Source: Acidobacteriota bacterium
Lineage (GTDB): Bacteria; Acidobacteriota; UBA6911; RPQK01; JADFOI01
Direction of reading: 5' to 3'
DNA: 64,000 bases
Assembly (NCBI GenBank): GCA_963663035.1
Contig: OY760074.1
Coordinates: 1,952,001-2,016,000 of the forward strand
This document shows, piece by piece, positions 1-11,240 of this stretch (positions are counted from its first letter, which is position 1; each line of letters opens with the position of its first letter). The notes beneath the pieces were generated by a model. That model worked only from the letters and a program-made list of their open reading frames with translations. It ran no database searches and was not told the DNA's origin. Position numbers and translations under genes: made by a program.

Positions 1-1
1 C

Positions 2-415
2 AACAATCTCTATCCCCGCCTGATCCGGGACGGCTATGGGGTGAGGGGTTTTGTCAGCGAAGCCTACTGGTGTGAATGCAGCACTCCCGAGAACTATCTA
101 CTGAGATCACTGGAAGTCCTTCAAAAAAGAGGATTGGAAAACCTGATTGAGGGTGAGATCAGCTCTCCATGTGAAGGCGTGGTGGCCACTCACTCCGTCC
201 AGGTAGATAGTGGGAGCTTTCTGAAAAACTCAATCCTGTGGGACCAGGTGAGAGTGGGCCGAAATTCGTCTCTCAGCGATGTTATAGTCACGGAAGGAGT
301 TACGCTGGGGCCGGACACTCATCTGGAAAATGTTATAGTCACTCCCTTGCTCGATAACGTTCAACCCCAGCAGACCGCACAACGGGTTGATGACTATCTG
401 ATCTGGCCGTTATGA
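2..415 (+). CDS. NDP-sugar nucleotidyltransferase (MurU/mannose-1-P guanylyltransferase-like), 5' part outside window
   Basis: Frame is open from nt 2 (NNLYPRLIRDGYGVRG..YWCECSTPENYL, like YW.D.GTPE.YL), followed by a short beta-helix-like tail; overlaps an AmgK-like kinase gene. Confidence 0.75.
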   Translation, partial: NNLYPRLIRDGYGVRGFVSEAYWCECSTPENYLLRSLEVLQKRGLENLIEGEISSPCEGVVATHSVQVDSGSFLKNSILWDQVRVGRNSSLSDVIVTEGVTLGPDTHLENVIVTPLLDNVQPQQTAQRVDDYLIWPL

Positions 416-1431
416 ACCGAGGCACTAAACTCCCCTCAAGTCAGCAGCGCCTGATGGAGTTCATCGAGCGAGAGTTTCCGACCGGACCCAACCACCACCA
501 TGTCAGCAAACTCTCCGGCGACGCCTCAGCGCGCCAATATTACCGATACATGAGCAAGACTGGACAATCTTTTGTCCTAGCCGCCTATCCAGAGACCTTT
601 GACCCGGACCGTTTCAACTATCGGCAGGTGTGCCATCTCCTGACTGAGATCGGGCTTCCGGTCCCGAAAATCATCACGATGGATCCAGAACTGGGCATCG
701 TCCTTCAGGAAGACCTGGGAAACGAATCGCTCCAGGTCCGGCTTCTGACCGCTGCCAAGGACGAACGCCGGCTTCTCCTACGCCAGGCCATCGACTACAT
801 TGTCACCATCCAGCAGGACGGCACCAGGGCATTGCAGCCGGAAGATGAGGCCTCCCGGCTGGCCTTCGACGAGGAGAAGCTGAACTGGGAACTCCTCTTT
901 TTCGAGTGTCATTACCTGAGAGGCTATAAAGGGCTGGAACCGGCGGAGACGAAGAATCTGAAGGACGAGTTCACCAGGCTGGCGACGGAACTGGCTGGTT
1001 TCTCTCGCTGTCTCTGCCACCGCGACTATCACGTCCGTAACCTGATGTTAAAAGACGGTACGATCTACATTACCGACTTCCAGGATGCACGCCAGGGCCC
1101 CGCCTCCTACGATTTGGTATCGCTCCTGAAAGACTCCATCGACTTGGAGACTCAGGAAATTAACGAGTACCGGGACTACTATCTGGATCGAGCCTCCCTC
1201 TCCCAAACAGGGGAGGCTTTCATGCGCCAGTTTCACCTGATGTGCATTCAACGCCTGCTCAAGGCTTTAGGCACCTATGGCTTCCAAATCGTCACACAAG
1301 GCAATTTTCTCTACCAGCAGTACGTGCCAGGTTCGCTGCAACGATCGCTCATCTCCTTGCAAGCTGTTCCTGAGTTTCCTTATATTCAAAGCATCGTTGA
1401 GGGAGATCTGGGCTCCCGGAAAAAACCATGA
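412..1431 (+). CDS. APH-family phosphotransferase, AmgK-like anomeric MurNAc/GlcNAc kinase
   Basis: [53 protein letters not shown] motifs; ATGA overlap with the nucleotidyltransferase. Confidence 0.75.
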   Translation: MNRGTKLPSSQQRLMEFIEREFPTGPNHHHVSKLSGDASARQYYRYMSKTGQSFVLAAYPETFDPDRFNYRQVCHLLTEIGLPVPKIITMDPELGIVLQEDLGNESLQVRLLTAAKDERRLLLRQAIDYIVTIQQDGTRALQPEDEASRLAFDEEKLNWELLFFECHYLRGYKGLEPAETKNLKDEFTRLATELAGFSRCLCHRDYHVRNLMLKDGTIYITDFQDARQGPASYDLVSLLKDSIDLETQEINEYRDYYLDRASLSQTGEAFMRQFHLMCIQRLLKALGTYGFQIVTQGNFLYQQYVPGSLQRSLISLQAVPEFPYIQSIVEGDLGSRKKP

Positions 1432-2720
1432 CTCACGTTTATATCGAAGATATCGCTGACCACGTGGAGAAGGAAGTCACCCTGAAGGGTTGGCTCTACA
1501 ACAAGACCGACAAAGGGAAACTCCGCTTTCTGATGATCCGAGACGGCACGGGAATGATCCAGGCAGTAGTGTTTCAGAAAAACGTCTCGCCCGAGGTGTT
1601 CCAAGCCACAGACTCGCTCACTCAGGAATCCTCTCTCATTGTGACAGGAAAGATCAGACAGGATGAGCGCGCTGCGGGGGGCTTCGAGATGGATGTCAAC
1701 CATCTGGAGGCTATCCAAGTGGCGGAGTCCTATCCCATTACGCCAAAAGAGCATGGGACTTCCTTTTTGATGGACAACCGCCACCTGTGGCTGCGCTCGG
1801 CTCGCCAGCATATGATCATGCGAGTCCGCAGCGAAATCATCAAAGCCTGCCGGGATTTCCTGGATGACCGTGGCTTTATCCTGGTCGACACACCCATCAT
1901 CACTCCAGCGGCCTGTGAAGGCACAACCACCCTGTTTGGAATAGACTACTTTGACGAGACCGCTTACCTGACACAGAGCGGTCAGCTTTACAACGAAGCG
2001 GCCTGCATGTCCGTGGGGAAGACCTACTGCTTCGGTCCCACCTTCCGGGCGGAAAAGTCGAAGACTCGCCGTCACTTGATGGAGTTCTGGATGATCGAAC
2101 CGGAGGTGGCCTATGCCGAGCTGGACGACATCATGACCCTGGCCGAAGAATTCCTTTGCGCCATCGTTCAGCGAGTGCTCTCTGAAAGAAGAGAAGAGTT
2201 GGAGGCCCTGGAACGCGACATCACCTTGCTGGAGGCAGTGCAGGCTCCCTTTCCGCGTATCAGCTACAACGAAGCTTTCGACATTCTCGAAACAGAGGGA
2301 ACACAGACGCCACGGGGCTCCGATTTCGGCGGAACCGATGAGACCATCGTCTCTGCTCACTTTGACCGACCGGTCATCGTCCACCGCTACCCCAAAGCAA
2401 TCAAAGCCTTTTACATGCAGCCCGATTCGGATGATCCAGAGCTGGCACTGTGCATGGACATTCTGGCACCGGAAGGCTACGGAGAAATTATCGGCGGCAG
2501 CCAGCGCATCCACGACCATGACCTTTTGGTTGAGCGCATCAAGGAACACAATCTTCCCATTGAATCCTTCCAGTGGTATCTCGACCTGCGCAAGTATGGA
2601 AGCGTGCCTCATTCCGGATTCGGAATGGGAGTGGAGCGCGTAGTTGCCTGGATTTGCGGTATCGACCACGTTCGTGAAACGATCGCCTTCCCCCGCATGC
2701 TCTCTCGGATGTACCCCTGA
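1428..2720 (+). CDS. asnS: Asparagine--tRNA ligase
   Basis: OB-fold N-terminus, [49 protein letters not shown]. Confidence 0.95.
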   Translation: MTHVYIEDIADHVEKEVTLKGWLYNKTDKGKLRFLMIRDGTGMIQAVVFQKNVSPEVFQATDSLTQESSLIVTGKIRQDERAAGGFEMDVNHLEAIQVAESYPITPKEHGTSFLMDNRHLWLRSARQHMIMRVRSEIIKACRDFLDDRGFILVDTPIITPAACEGTTTLFGIDYFDETAYLTQSGQLYNEAACMSVGKTYCFGPTFRAEKSKTRRHLMEFWMIEPEVAYAELDDIMTLAEEFLCAIVQRVLSERREELEALERDITLLEAVQAPFPRISYNEAFDILETEGTQTPRGSDFGGTDETIVSAHFDRPVIVHRYPKAIKAFYMQPDSDDPELALCMDILAPEGYGEIIGGSQRIHDHDLLVERIKEHNLPIESFQWYLDLRKYGSVPHSGFGMGVERVVAWICGIDHVRETIAFPRMLSRMYP

Positions 2721-2723
2721 AAA

Positions 2724-2758
2724 CTCCTGCCTCCTGACTCCTACCTCCTGACTCCTGT
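2724..2758. repeat. Heptamer tandem repeat (CTCCTRN)x5
   Basis: ctcctgc ctcctga ctcctac ctcctga ctcctgt directly after the asnS stop. Confidence 0.9.
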
Positions 2759-2801
2759 CTATTGTCGGGGGGCAGTTGTGCCTGCTAACATCAGCCCTCC
2801 T

Positions 2802-3725
2802 ATGAAGACTAAAATCCTGGATGGGAAAAAAGTTGCTGAGGAAATTAAGTCCGAGGCTGCCGAAGAGACTCGAAAGCTTTCTCAGGAGAACCTGGTCCCT
2901 GGCTTAGCGACCGTCCTGGTAGGTGACAATCCGGGCTCTCAGATGTACGTGCGCATGAAGGCCCGCACCTCTAAAGAGCTGGGAATGCATTCTGAAATCG
3001 TCGAGCTTCCCACCGAAACCACAACCGAGGAGCTGCTCCAGGTCATCGAGCGACTCAATGGGACCGAAGAGATCGATGCGATTCTCGTCCAACTTCCCTT
3101 GCCCGATCAGATCGACGAGTCCCGAATCCTCAAGGCGGTCCGCCCCGACAAAGATGTGGACGGATTTCATCCCGAGAATGTTGGCCGTCTCGTCTCCGGA
3201 AACGTGGGCCTTGCACCCTGCACCCCGATGGGAATCATGTATTTGCTGGAAAGAGAGGGCGTTACACTGAAGGGAGCGGAAGCAGTCGTGGTGGGACGCA
3301 GCAACATCGTCGGCAAACCCTTGGCGTTTCTGCTGCTCCACCAACACGCCACCGTCACGCTCTGCCACTCCCGCACCCGCGACTTGCCCGCTGTGTGTCG
3401 CCGAGCAGATATCCTGGTGGCAGCTGTTGGACAGCCCGCCTTAGTGACCCGAGACTACCTGAAAGAGGGAGTCGTCATCATCGACGTGGGAACAAACCGT
3501 TTAGAAAGCGTAGAGGAAGGCATACGCCTCTTTGGGAAAGACTCGAAGAGAGTTGCCCGAATTCAAGAGAAGGGTTCTACCCTGGTGGGCGATGTTCATC
3601 CTCGCGACCCCATCGGTGTGGCCAAGGCCCTGACTCCGGTCCCGGGCGGCGTCGGTCCGCTGACCATCGCTCAGCTCATGAGAAGTACCGTTACAGCGTG
3701 CAAAATGCGACGAGGAGGCAAATAA
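2802..3725 (+). CDS. folD: Methylene-THF dehydrogenase/cyclohydrolase
   Basis: ILDGK, KDVDGFHP, PCTP, GRSNIVGKP, TPVPGGVGPLT; ATG 2802 preferred over GTG 2778. Confidence 0.95.
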   Translation: MKTKILDGKKVAEEIKSEAAEETRKLSQENLVPGLATVLVGDNPGSQMYVRMKARTSKELGMHSEIVELPTETTTEELLQVIERLNGTEEIDAILVQLPLPDQIDESRILKAVRPDKDVDGFHPENVGRLVSGNVGLAPCTPMGIMYLLEREGVTLKGAEAVVVGRSNIVGKPLAFLLLHQHATVTLCHSRTRDLPAVCRRADILVAAVGQPALVTRDYLKEGVVIIDVGTNRLESVEEGIRLFGKDSKRVARIQEKGSTLVGDVHPRDPIGVAKALTPVPGGVGPLTIAQLMRSTVTACKMRRGGK

Positions 3726-3779
3726 GCTTCAGATTGCTCCCAAGCCGGTCAGCGGTCAGGGGGTTTGCGGTCAGCTTCC

Positions 3780-4736
3780 CTACTCGATCTCGTAGACGAA
3801 GACTCGGTTGTCCTCTTCGGCGGTGATGTAGGCGAAACGATCATCGGCTGAAAGTTCAATATCGATTGGATGCTTGCCGACCTTGACGCTGGTGATCTCT
3901 TCAAAGTCGGCTGAAAAAACAGACAGCATATTGTCTCCCGTTTCCACCACAAAGACCAACCCATCTTCGCTCACGGCGATTGAAAATGGCTTGGAGCCGA
4001 CGCTGACACGCCGGACTTCCTTGAAATCGAGCAAGTCCACCACGGAAATATCGTCTGACCCACTGTTGGAGACGTAAAGAGTGTTTCCGTCAGGTGAAAG
4101 GGCCAGAGCATCAGGACCCAGCCCAACCGGTATTTGCTTGATCACTCTGCGGCTGGCCGTTTCGATGATGTAGAGCTCATTAGAACCGCCGCATGCCACA
4201 AAAAGAAGGTCACCCAGCGCCGAGACCGCAGCTGCCAGAGGTCTCACACCGACTATGACCTCTCCCATGACGCGGTGAGAGGATATGTCGATAACGTCGA
4301 TTCTCCCGATCGCCCCCCTACCGAAGTTGGTGACGAAAGCCTCAGAGCCACTGGGGGAGACTGCTATGTTGCTGGGCATGTCCCCCACCTTTATATCGTC
4401 CAGGATCTCATAGGTGCTGGTATCGATCACCTTGACCAGCCCGCTTCCCAGATTGGTGACGAAGAGCTTATCCCCAGCCGGAGCGACTGCGATACCCACG
4501 GGTTCGAGACCAGCGTAGAAGTCCTCTTTCTTGCGGTTGTCCGCTGTGTCGATCACCGAGATCTCATTGGAGGCGAAGTTGGTGACAAAAAGCCAGCGGC
4601 CATCCGGGCTGAGGGCCGCATAGGTGGGAGCTTTACCTACTTTTGGCTTGTCTATCTCAGAGAGGCGAACCGCTGACAGGCTCGTCAGTGAGATCAAAAG
4701 AAGTGTGGCTGTTCTTGTGAGTTTAGTCCTTCTCAT
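3780..4736 (-). CDS. Secreted YncE/YVTN beta-propeller protein
   Basis: Signal peptide then about 7 repeats of VG..P..IA.SPDG..L.VTN..S..ISVID. Confidence 0.85.
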   Translation of the reverse strand: MRRTKLTRTATLLLISLTSLSAVRLSEIDKPKVGKAPTYAALSPDGRWLFVTNFASNEISVIDTADNRKKEDFYAGLEPVGIAVAPAGDKLFVTNLGSGLVKVIDTSTYEILDDIKVGDMPSNIAVSPSGSEAFVTNFGRGAIGRIDVIDISSHRVMGEVIVGVRPLAAAVSALGDLLFVACGGSNELYIIETASRRVIKQIPVGLGPDALALSPDGNTLYVSNSGSDDISVVDLLDFKEVRRVSVGSKPFSIAVSEDGLVFVVETGDNMLSVFSADFEEITSVKVGKHPIDIELSADDRFAYITAEEDNRVFVYEIE

Positions 4737-4765
4737 GGTTGATCAGTAGTAGCAAGTTACCAGTT

Positions 4766-5767
4766 TCACCCTACATCTTCAACAGACAGCTCGACCTCCG
4801 CTACGATCTCGTCCAGATGTTCCTCCCTCTTATAGAGGGAGTACAAGATGGATCCGGGAAGCGCAGTCAGCAAATAGGCGGAAAAAGTCACCAGAGACAA
4901 GCTTACAGCCATTTCTACGGGAAACCCAATCTGCGAAAAAAGCAGATAGAAAAGACTTTCGCGCAGACCGATGCCATTGATGGTCAAAGGGACCATGATG
5001 CTCAGGTTAATGAGGGGAACAAAGATCAGAAAGATCCCAAAGGGAGCGTGAATATCAATGGCCAGTGCTGCAATCCAAACGATTACCACGGCCAGAAGCT
5101 GGATGATCAGGGACAGGAGAAGGGCCACGATCATGGATGACCTGTTAGCCAGAAGCCTGCGCAATCCCCCATAAACCAACTCCATTCTAGCCTCGATCTG
5201 CTGCAGGTGTCGGTTCCTCAAAAAGGAGCTGATTCTCCGGTGTATCCAGGAATTAAAAAGCATCAGATTCCCCAGGAGATACAAAGTGACCAAGACCAAG
5301 AAGACATAAAGCAATGGTATCCCTTCCACTTTGATGTTCTCGATGGAGGCAAAAAGGGTTCCGATGACGAGTAAAGCGCAAAGGCCCGCACTTCGCTCTA
5401 AAACGGTGGTCGTGAGTGTGGTCGACATTCCTCGGTCTTTTCGCTTGGACAGATAGTAGGCACGGAAGAAGTCACCCCCGATGCCCGAGGGCAGAAAGAG
5501 ATTAAAAAAGAATCCGATAAAGGTAATCTTGGCCAGAGGTGAAAAATCGATGTGGATGTCGAAGTTGACGAGAACCGTCCTCCATCGAAAAACGGAGAGG
5601 AAGACACTGAGAACATGTACCAGGGTCGCCAACAGGATGAGGATGGGATTAGCCGAGAGAAGAATAGCCACAAGCTCTCCCAGATCCATCTGATATCCGA
5701 GAAACAACAACAAGGCAAGGGTGATGATGGTTTTGGTGAGAATCTTTCCCCGGTCAGACATGAACAC
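4766..5767 (-). CDS. Lysylphosphatidylglycerol-synthase-TM (UPF0104) flippase-like membrane protein
   Basis: RW..L, FFN.FLPS.IGGD..R, ER, P.T.NG.G.RE motifs; multiple TM helices. Confidence 0.85.
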   Translation of the reverse strand: MFMSDRGKILTKTIITLALLLFLGYQMDLGELVAILLSANPILILLATLVHVLSVFLSVFRWRTVLVNFDIHIDFSPLAKITFIGFFFNLFLPSGIGGDFFRAYYLSKRKDRGMSTTLTTTVLERSAGLCALLVIGTLFASIENIKVEGIPLLYVFLVLVTLYLLGNLMLFNSWIHRRISSFLRNRHLQQIEARMELVYGGLRRLLANRSSMIVALLLSLIIQLLAVVIVWIAALAIDIHAPFGIFLIFVPLINLSIMVPLTINGIGLRESLFYLLFSQIGFPVEMAVSLSLVTFSAYLLTALPGSILYSLYKREEHLDEIVAEVELSVEDVG

Positions 5768-5783
5768 TCAAATTGTGGCAGAA

Positions 5784-5812
5784 TTGCAAGACGCACGTCA
5801 ACGTCCTATAAT
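5784..5812 (+). promoter_or_regulatory. Sigma70-type promoter TTGCAA-17-TATAAT
   Basis: -35 at 5784-5789, -10 at 5807-5812, 9 nt before ATG 5822. Confidence 0.65.
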
Positions 5813-5821
5813 CCAGTCTAT

Positions 5822-6202
5822 ATGCCAGTTTACGAGTACTCATGCCAGAAATGCGGGAGGCACTTTTCCCGTTTTTTCTGGAGGATCTCCGACGCCGATG
5901 GAACTCGGTGCCGCTGTGGTAGTGCTAAGCTCGAGCAACTCGTCTCAAGGGTCTCTATGCCGCGCTCCGAGGAGAGCCGTATGGAGAGCCTGGCCGATCC
6001 ATCGGGATGGGGCGACGTCGATGAAAGCGACCCAAAATCAATGGCTCGCATGATGAAAAAGATGGGGAATGAGATGGGCGAAGAACTGGGACCGGAATTC
6101 AACGAGGTTGTAGACAGGCTTGAATCAGGAGAGGATCCTGAGTCCATTGAGAGTTCCCTGGGCGCAGCGGGTGGTGCCGGCGACACAGACAACCTGTTCT
6201 GA
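5822..6202 (+). CDS. FmdB-family zinc-ribbon protein
   Basis: MPVYEYSCQKCG..F...C.CGS..L..LVS; real start 5822, not 5552. Confidence 0.85.
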   Translation: MPVYEYSCQKCGRHFSRFFWRISDADGTRCRCGSAKLEQLVSRVSMPRSEESRMESLADPSGWGDVDESDPKSMARMMKKMGNEMGEELGPEFNEVVDRLESGEDPESIESSLGAAGGAGDTDNLF

Positions 6203-6233
6203 CGGAGTTTGACACAGCCTGACGGAAGGATTT

Positions 6234-6743
6234 GTGATGGGTGCATCTGAAGTGAACTGGTATGCGGTGACGACCAGGTCCAGGCATGAGAAGGTGGTGG
6301 CAGAACAGTTGTGGCAGAAGGAAATCGAGTGCTTTTTGCCGCTGCATGAAGTGGTCTCCAAATGGAAGGACCGCTTCAAGAAAGTTCAGTTCCCCTTGTT
6401 CCCGGGTTACCTGTTCATCCATGTCCCGATTCAAAAGCGGCGCCTGGATATTCTGAAGGTTCCCTCGGTAGTACGCATAATCGGGTTCAACGGTGAGCCG
6501 GAATCTATCCCTGAAGCGGAAGTCCAGGCCGTAAAGCAGCTGGTCTTCAGCACTTTACCCCACGATCCCTATCCATACATTGTGAAAGGAAATCGAGTGG
6601 AAATCGTTCGAGGTCCACTGCGAGGACTTCAGGGCAGTCTGGTCGAGAAAAAAGGCGCATTGAGGTTCATTCTATCGATCGATCTGATCCAGCAGGCGGT
6701 CGCCTGTGAAGTGGATGCCTGCGACGTGGTCAAAATCCCCTAA
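6234..6743 (+). CDS. UpxY/RfaH-like NusG paralog (transcription antiterminator)
   Basis: NGN domain WYAVTTRSRHEK..FLP..W.DR.K....PLFPGYLF plus KOW G..V.I..GPL.GL.G; ATG alternative at 6237. Confidence 0.88.
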   Translation: MMGASEVNWYAVTTRSRHEKVVAEQLWQKEIECFLPLHEVVSKWKDRFKKVQFPLFPGYLFIHVPIQKRRLDILKVPSVVRIIGFNGEPESIPEAEVQAVKQLVFSTLPHDPYPYIVKGNRVEIVRGPLRGLQGSLVEKKGALRFILSIDLIQQAVACEVDACDVVKIP

Positions 6744-6854
6744 CAGCTGACAACTGACAGGTATCTTATAGCATTTACTGAAGATCTCTTATGTCAGTGG
6801 TCAGGTGTCAGTTGTCAGGGGATTATCAGCTGTCAGGTGTCAGTTGTCAGCTGT
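6744..6854. repeat. Head-to-head heptamer arrays (CTGACAR / TGTCAGY) between convergent genes; possible hairpin
   Basis: cagctgacaactgacagg at 6744-6761 is largely complementary to tgtcagttgtcagctg at about 6838-6853. Confidence 0.75.
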
Positions 6855-9539
6855 TCAACGGCCGCAGCACTTCTTATATTTCTTGCCCGAGCCACAGGGA
6901 CAGGGCTCATTGCGGCCTACCTTGGGGGTGTTCCGAATAACTGGACTCACGGCTGCCGCAGTTTGCCCCCCCCTTGACTGGCGGGGCTGAAAGGCAGGCT
7001 CGGCTGTGTCCTCGGAGCGAGAATAGCTCATGGGCTGTTGCTGGCGGGCTTTCAAGAGATCCTGTTCGTCTTCCTTGGTGATCGGCCGCAGCAAAAAGAG
7101 CATCCGCACGATTTCCTCAGTGGCCCGGTTCCAAAGCTCTTCGAACAACGAAAAGGACTCTCGTTTGTACTCCACCAGCGGATCACGCTGTCCGTAACCC
7201 CGCAAGCCGATTCCTTCCTTGAGATGATCCAGAACAAGGAGATGATCCTTCCACTGCTGATCCATGATCTGCAACATCACCACGCTCTCGTACCATCGCA
7301 TCATCTCCGAACCGATCTGCTCTTCCTTTTCCTGGTACTTCGATTGGATTTGCTTGAGCAGTCGGTCTTCCAGTTCGGGCCGCGACAACTGATCCACATC
7401 TTGAGGGAGATCGATCCCGTAGACCCGCCGCAGGTTCACCTGCATTTTTTCCAGATCCCATTCCTCCGGATCGGTCTCTTTATCGGCATAGATATCCAGA
7501 AACTCGATCAGGATGTCCTCAGCCAGCCCTAAGATGTATTCTTTCCGGTCCTCTCCTTCCAGTATCTCGCGGCGGAATCGGTAGATTTCCGCACGCTGCT
7601 TGTTCATCACATCGTCATACTCCAGGAGATGTTTTCTGATCTCGAAGTTCCTGCCTTCCACCTGCTTTTGGGCTCGTTCGATCTGCCGGGTGATCAGCTT
7701 GGATTCGATGGGGACACCCTCCTCCATTCCCAGCTTGTGCATCAGACCGGAGATATTATCGGAGCCAAAGATGCGCATCAGATCATCCTCAAGGGACAAA
7801 TAAAAGCGACTGGATCCGGGGTCTCCCTGGCGACCGGATCGACCCCGGAGCTGATTGTCTATACGCCGAGACTCATGTCTTTCCGTGCCGATGATATGAC
7901 AGCCACCCAGTTCGACCACCTTATCGTGCTCCTTTTGCCAGGCCGGAAGCAGCTTCTCCAGCTCTTTGCGATACTCCTCTTGAGTCTCCTCGGCCGGACT
8001 CTTTCGAGCCCGCAAATTGAGTCTGGCTTGAAACTCATGGTTTCCACCCAGAATGATGTCGGTACCACGTCCGGCCATATTGGTGGCAATCGTCACCGCA
8101 CCGATCTTACCCGCCTGGGCGACAATTTCGGCTTCCCGCTCATGATATTTGGCATTGAGAACCACATGCTTGATACCGCGGCGCTTGAGCAAGCCCGATA
8201 GTCGCTCAGACTTTTCAATGGAGGTGGTCCCCATCAACACCGGGCGTCCCAGCTCATTCAGTTCCTTGACCTCATCGGCAACAGCTTTGAACTTCTCCCG
8301 CTCTGAGCGGTACACCAAATCAGGAGCTTCGTGCCGGATCAGTTCCTGGTTGGTGGGAATGACAATCACGTCAAGCTTATAGATCTTCTCGAACTCGGTG
8401 GCCTCTGTTTCGGCCGTGCCTGTCATGCCCGCCAGTTTGTCGTACATGCGGAAGTAATTCTGAAAGGTAATGGTGGCCAGGGTCTGGTTCTCGCGTTCAA
8501 TTTTTACACCCTCTTTCGCCTCCAGTGCCTGGTGCAGGCCGTCTGAGTAGCGGCGTCCCGGCATGAGGCGCCCGGTGAATTCGTCAACGATGATCACCTG
8601 ACCGTCCTTGATCATGTAATCCGCGTCTCTCTTGAACAGGGTGTGAGCCTTCAGAGCCTGCTGGATATGATGAACCAGGTCCATATTGCTGGGATCGTAG
8701 AGGTTCTCCAAACCCAGAAACTTCTCCCCTTTTTCAACACCTGATTCTTGAAGCACGACGCTGCGGGCTTTCTCGTCGATCTTGTAGTCCTGTTCACGAA
8801 CCAGCCGCGGGATCAGTTTGTTGATCTTGTAATACTTGTCGGTAGACTCTTCGGAAGGACCGCTGATGATAAGGGGAGTACGGGCTTCATCGACAAGGAT
8901 GGAGTCCACCTCGTCGACTATTGCGTAGTAGTGATTCGGCTGGACGCAATCCTTGAGCGCGTATTTCATGTTATCGCGCAGGTAATCGAAGCCGAACTCG
9001 TTGTTGGTTCCATAGGTGACATCAGACCGGTAAGCTGCCCGGCGTTCCTCTTCAGGCATGTCGTGCTGGATCACTCCTACGCTCAGGCCCAGAAAATCGT
9101 AGAGGGGTTCCATCCAGTCCGCATCGCGCCGCGCCAGATAGTCATTGACCGTGACAACGTGAACACCTTTTCCAGCCAGGGCGTTGACATAGACCGCAAG
9201 AGTGGCCGCCAGAGTCTTCCCTTCTCCGGTCTTCATCTCAGCAATTTTGCCCTGATGAAGCACCTCTCCTCCGATGAGCTGGACATCGAAATGACGCATC
9301 TCAAGGGTACGCCGGCCGGTTTCGCGGACCGCAGCGAAGGCTTCAGGGAGAATTTCCTCAAGCGATTCCCCCTTTTCCAGACGAGATTTAAATTCGGGGG
9401 TCTTCGATTTCAGAGCAGCATCGGAGAGCGGAGAGATTTCCTTCTCCAGCTCGTTGATACTTTCGACGAGCGGCTGAATCCTCTTGAGCTCTCGTTCATT
9501 GTGGCTCCCCACAATCTTTGTCAAAATCGAATTGAACAT
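6855..9539 (-). CDS. secA: Preprotein translocase SecA
   Basis: [38 protein letters not shown]-terminal SEC-C motif [13 protein letters not shown]. Confidence 0.98.
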   Translation of the reverse strand: MFNSILTKIVGSHNERELKRIQPLVESINELEKEISPLSDAALKSKTPEFKSRLEKGESLEEILPEAFAAVRETGRRTLEMRHFDVQLIGGEVLHQGKIAEMKTGEGKTLAATLAVYVNALAGKGVHVVTVNDYLARRDADWMEPLYDFLGLSVGVIQHDMPEEERRAAYRSDVTYGTNNEFGFDYLRDNMKYALKDCVQPNHYYAIVDEVDSILVDEARTPLIISGPSEESTDKYYKINKLIPRLVREQDYKIDEKARSVVLQESGVEKGEKFLGLENLYDPSNMDLVHHIQQALKAHTLFKRDADYMIKDGQVIIVDEFTGRLMPGRRYSDGLHQALEAKEGVKIERENQTLATITFQNYFRMYDKLAGMTGTAETEATEFEKIYKLDVIVIPTNQELIRHEAPDLVYRSEREKFKAVADEVKELNELGRPVLMGTTSIEKSERLSGLLKRRGIKHVVLNAKYHEREAEIVAQAGKIGAVTIATNMAGRGTDIILGGNHEFQARLNLRARKSPAEETQEEYRKELEKLLPAWQKEHDKVVELGGCHIIGTERHESRRIDNQLRGRSGRQGDPGSSRFYLSLEDDLMRIFGSDNISGLMHKLGMEEGVPIESKLITRQIERAQKQVEGRNFEIRKHLLEYDDVMNKQRAEIYRFRREILEGEDRKEYILGLAEDILIEFLDIYADKETDPEEWDLEKMQVNLRRVYGIDLPQDVDQLSRPELEDRLLKQIQSKYQEKEEQIGSEMMRWYESVVMLQIMDQQWKDHLLVLDHLKEGIGLRGYGQRDPLVEYKRESFSLFEELWNRATEEIVRMLFLLRPITKEDEQDLLKARQQQPMSYSRSEDTAEPAFQPRQSRGGQTAAAVSPVIRNTPKVGRNEPCPCGSGKKYKKCCGR

Positions 9540-9638
9540 GACTGGTCGATTCTACCATGATCCCACGGCGTACAGGGACGGACACCTAACCCGTGAAATT
9601 CGTGGAAGTTTGTGTCGTTCGTGGGATAGAATCCATAG

Positions 9639-11099
9639 ATGGAGATCTCTGAAGCCCTCACATTTGACGATATCCTGCTGATGCCAGCCAAGAGTAATGT
9701 CTTGCCGGGGGAAGTAGACCTCCAAACCCGCTTCTCTCGCAATATCCCTCTCAATATCCCTCTTGCTTCCGCGGCCATGGACACCGTGACGGAAGCCAGG
9801 TTGGCCATCGCTTTGGCCGGGCAGGGAGGGATCGGGATCGTCCACCGCAATCTGTCCATCGAAGCCCAGGTTGCCGAAGTGGAGAAAGTGAAGCGCTCTG
9901 AATCTGGAATGATCGTGGATCCTGTGACCATGCAACCCAAGGACCGGATCCGGGACGTTTTGGAGGTCATGGATCACCACAAAATCTCCGGTGTTCCCAT
10001 CACCGACACCAAAGGAAAGCTGTTTGGGATTCTCACCAACCGCGATTTGCGCTTCGAGACAGATCTGGATCTTCCGGTTTCGCAACTGATGACAAAAGAC
10101 AATCTGGTCACTGTGCGCCAAGGGATATCCATGGAAAAGGCCAAGAAGAAGCTTCACGAACACCGCATCGAAAAGCTGCTGGTGGTGGACAAGGAAAACC
10201 GACTAAAGGGCCTCATTACCGTCAAAGACATCATGAAGGTGATCACCTACCCCAATGCAGCCAAGGATTCCTATGGCCGCCTGCGGGTGGGAGCGGCCGT
10301 GGGTGCTACCGGAGATTTTTTGGAGCGGGCCATTGAACTGGAGAACGCCAAGGTTGATGTCATCGTGATGGACACGGCTCATGGGCATTCCATGCGCGTC
10401 CTGAAGGCGATCCGACAACTGAAAAAGAAGTTAAAGCGGGTTGATCTTGTGGTCGGTAATATCGCAACCGGGGAGGCGGTCCGCGAACTGGGTGATCTGG
10501 GCGTGGACGGCGTCAAAGTCGGCATGGGACCGGGCAGTATTTGCACCACTCGCGTGGTCACGGGGGCTGGAGTCCCTCAAGTTACGGCTATTATAAATGC
10601 GGCTCGAGTCGCCCGCAAGATGAAGCTTCCCCTCATTGCCGACGGCGGAATCAAGTACTCGGGAGACATCAGCAAGGCCCTGGCCTCGGGTGCCGACTGC
10701 GTGATGGCGGGGAACCTGTTTGCAGGCACCGACGAGTCTCCGGGCGAACTGGTCTTCTATCAGAACCGCAGCTACAAGACTTACCGAGGGATGGGCTCTC
10801 TGGGAGCCATGGGCGAGGGAAGCGCCGATCGATACGGCCAGGAGGATGTGGAGGTGCAGCGCAAATTGGTCCCGGAAGGCATTGAAGGGAGAGTTCCGTA
10901 CAAGGGCAGCACGGAGGATCTGATTCCGGTCCTAATGGGCGGGGTCCGAGCCGGAATGGGGTACTGTGGGGTTAAAAACATTCACGAGTTACGGACCAAA
11001 GTTCGCCTCATTCGCGTTAGCCACCTGGGACTGCGCGAGTCCCACGTTCACGACGTCATCGTGACCAAGGAAGCACCGAATTACCGCCTGGGGGACTAG
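9639..11099 (+). CDS. guaB: IMP dehydrogenase
   Basis: [12 protein letters not shown] pair, [30 protein letters not shown]. Confidence 0.98.
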   Translation: MEISEALTFDDILLMPAKSNVLPGEVDLQTRFSRNIPLNIPLASAAMDTVTEARLAIALAGQGGIGIVHRNLSIEAQVAEVEKVKRSESGMIVDPVTMQPKDRIRDVLEVMDHHKISGVPITDTKGKLFGILTNRDLRFETDLDLPVSQLMTKDNLVTVRQGISMEKAKKKLHEHRIEKLLVVDKENRLKGLITVKDIMKVITYPNAAKDSYGRLRVGAAVGATGDFLERAIELENAKVDVIVMDTAHGHSMRVLKAIRQLKKKLKRVDLVVGNIATGEAVRELGDLGVDGVKVGMGPGSICTTRVVTGAGVPQVTAIINAARVARKMKLPLIADGGIKYSGDISKALASGADCVMAGNLFAGTDESPGELVFYQNRSYKTYRGMGSLGAMGEGSADRYGQEDVEVQRKLVPEGIEGRVPYKGSTEDLIPVLMGGVRAGMGYCGVKNIHELRTKVRLIRVSHLGLRESHVHDVIVTKEAPNYRLGD

Positions 11100-11118
11100 C
11101 CCACATTTCTCACACCAG

Positions 11119-11240
11119 GTGTTCGTCGCGAAGCGGCGGAAGGGCCGGCCTGAGGCCGCTCCCACAGTCCACCGACCGCTAGGACCAGGCCCAGAAGGTG
11201 GGTGCCGCCTCAGTGCGGCGAATGGGCGCGAAGCGCCGCC
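11119..11240. repeat. GC-rich palindromic (REP-like) intergenic segment between convergent guaB and aroF
   Basis: ggcctgaggccgctcccac faces gtgggtgccgcctcagtgcggc; short gcgaagc palindromes at both ends. Confidence 0.4.

Noticed and set aside
1386-2669. Long antisense ORFs (e.g. 1386-2669, 25030-26205, 23489-24280, 40366-41367)
   Set aside because: They are shadows of well-supported genes on the opposite strand and have no recognisable motifs.
5552-5821. N-terminal extension of the FmdB ORF from 5552
   Set aside because: It overlaps the opposite-strand membrane gene; the family start MPVYEY and a promoter point to 5822.
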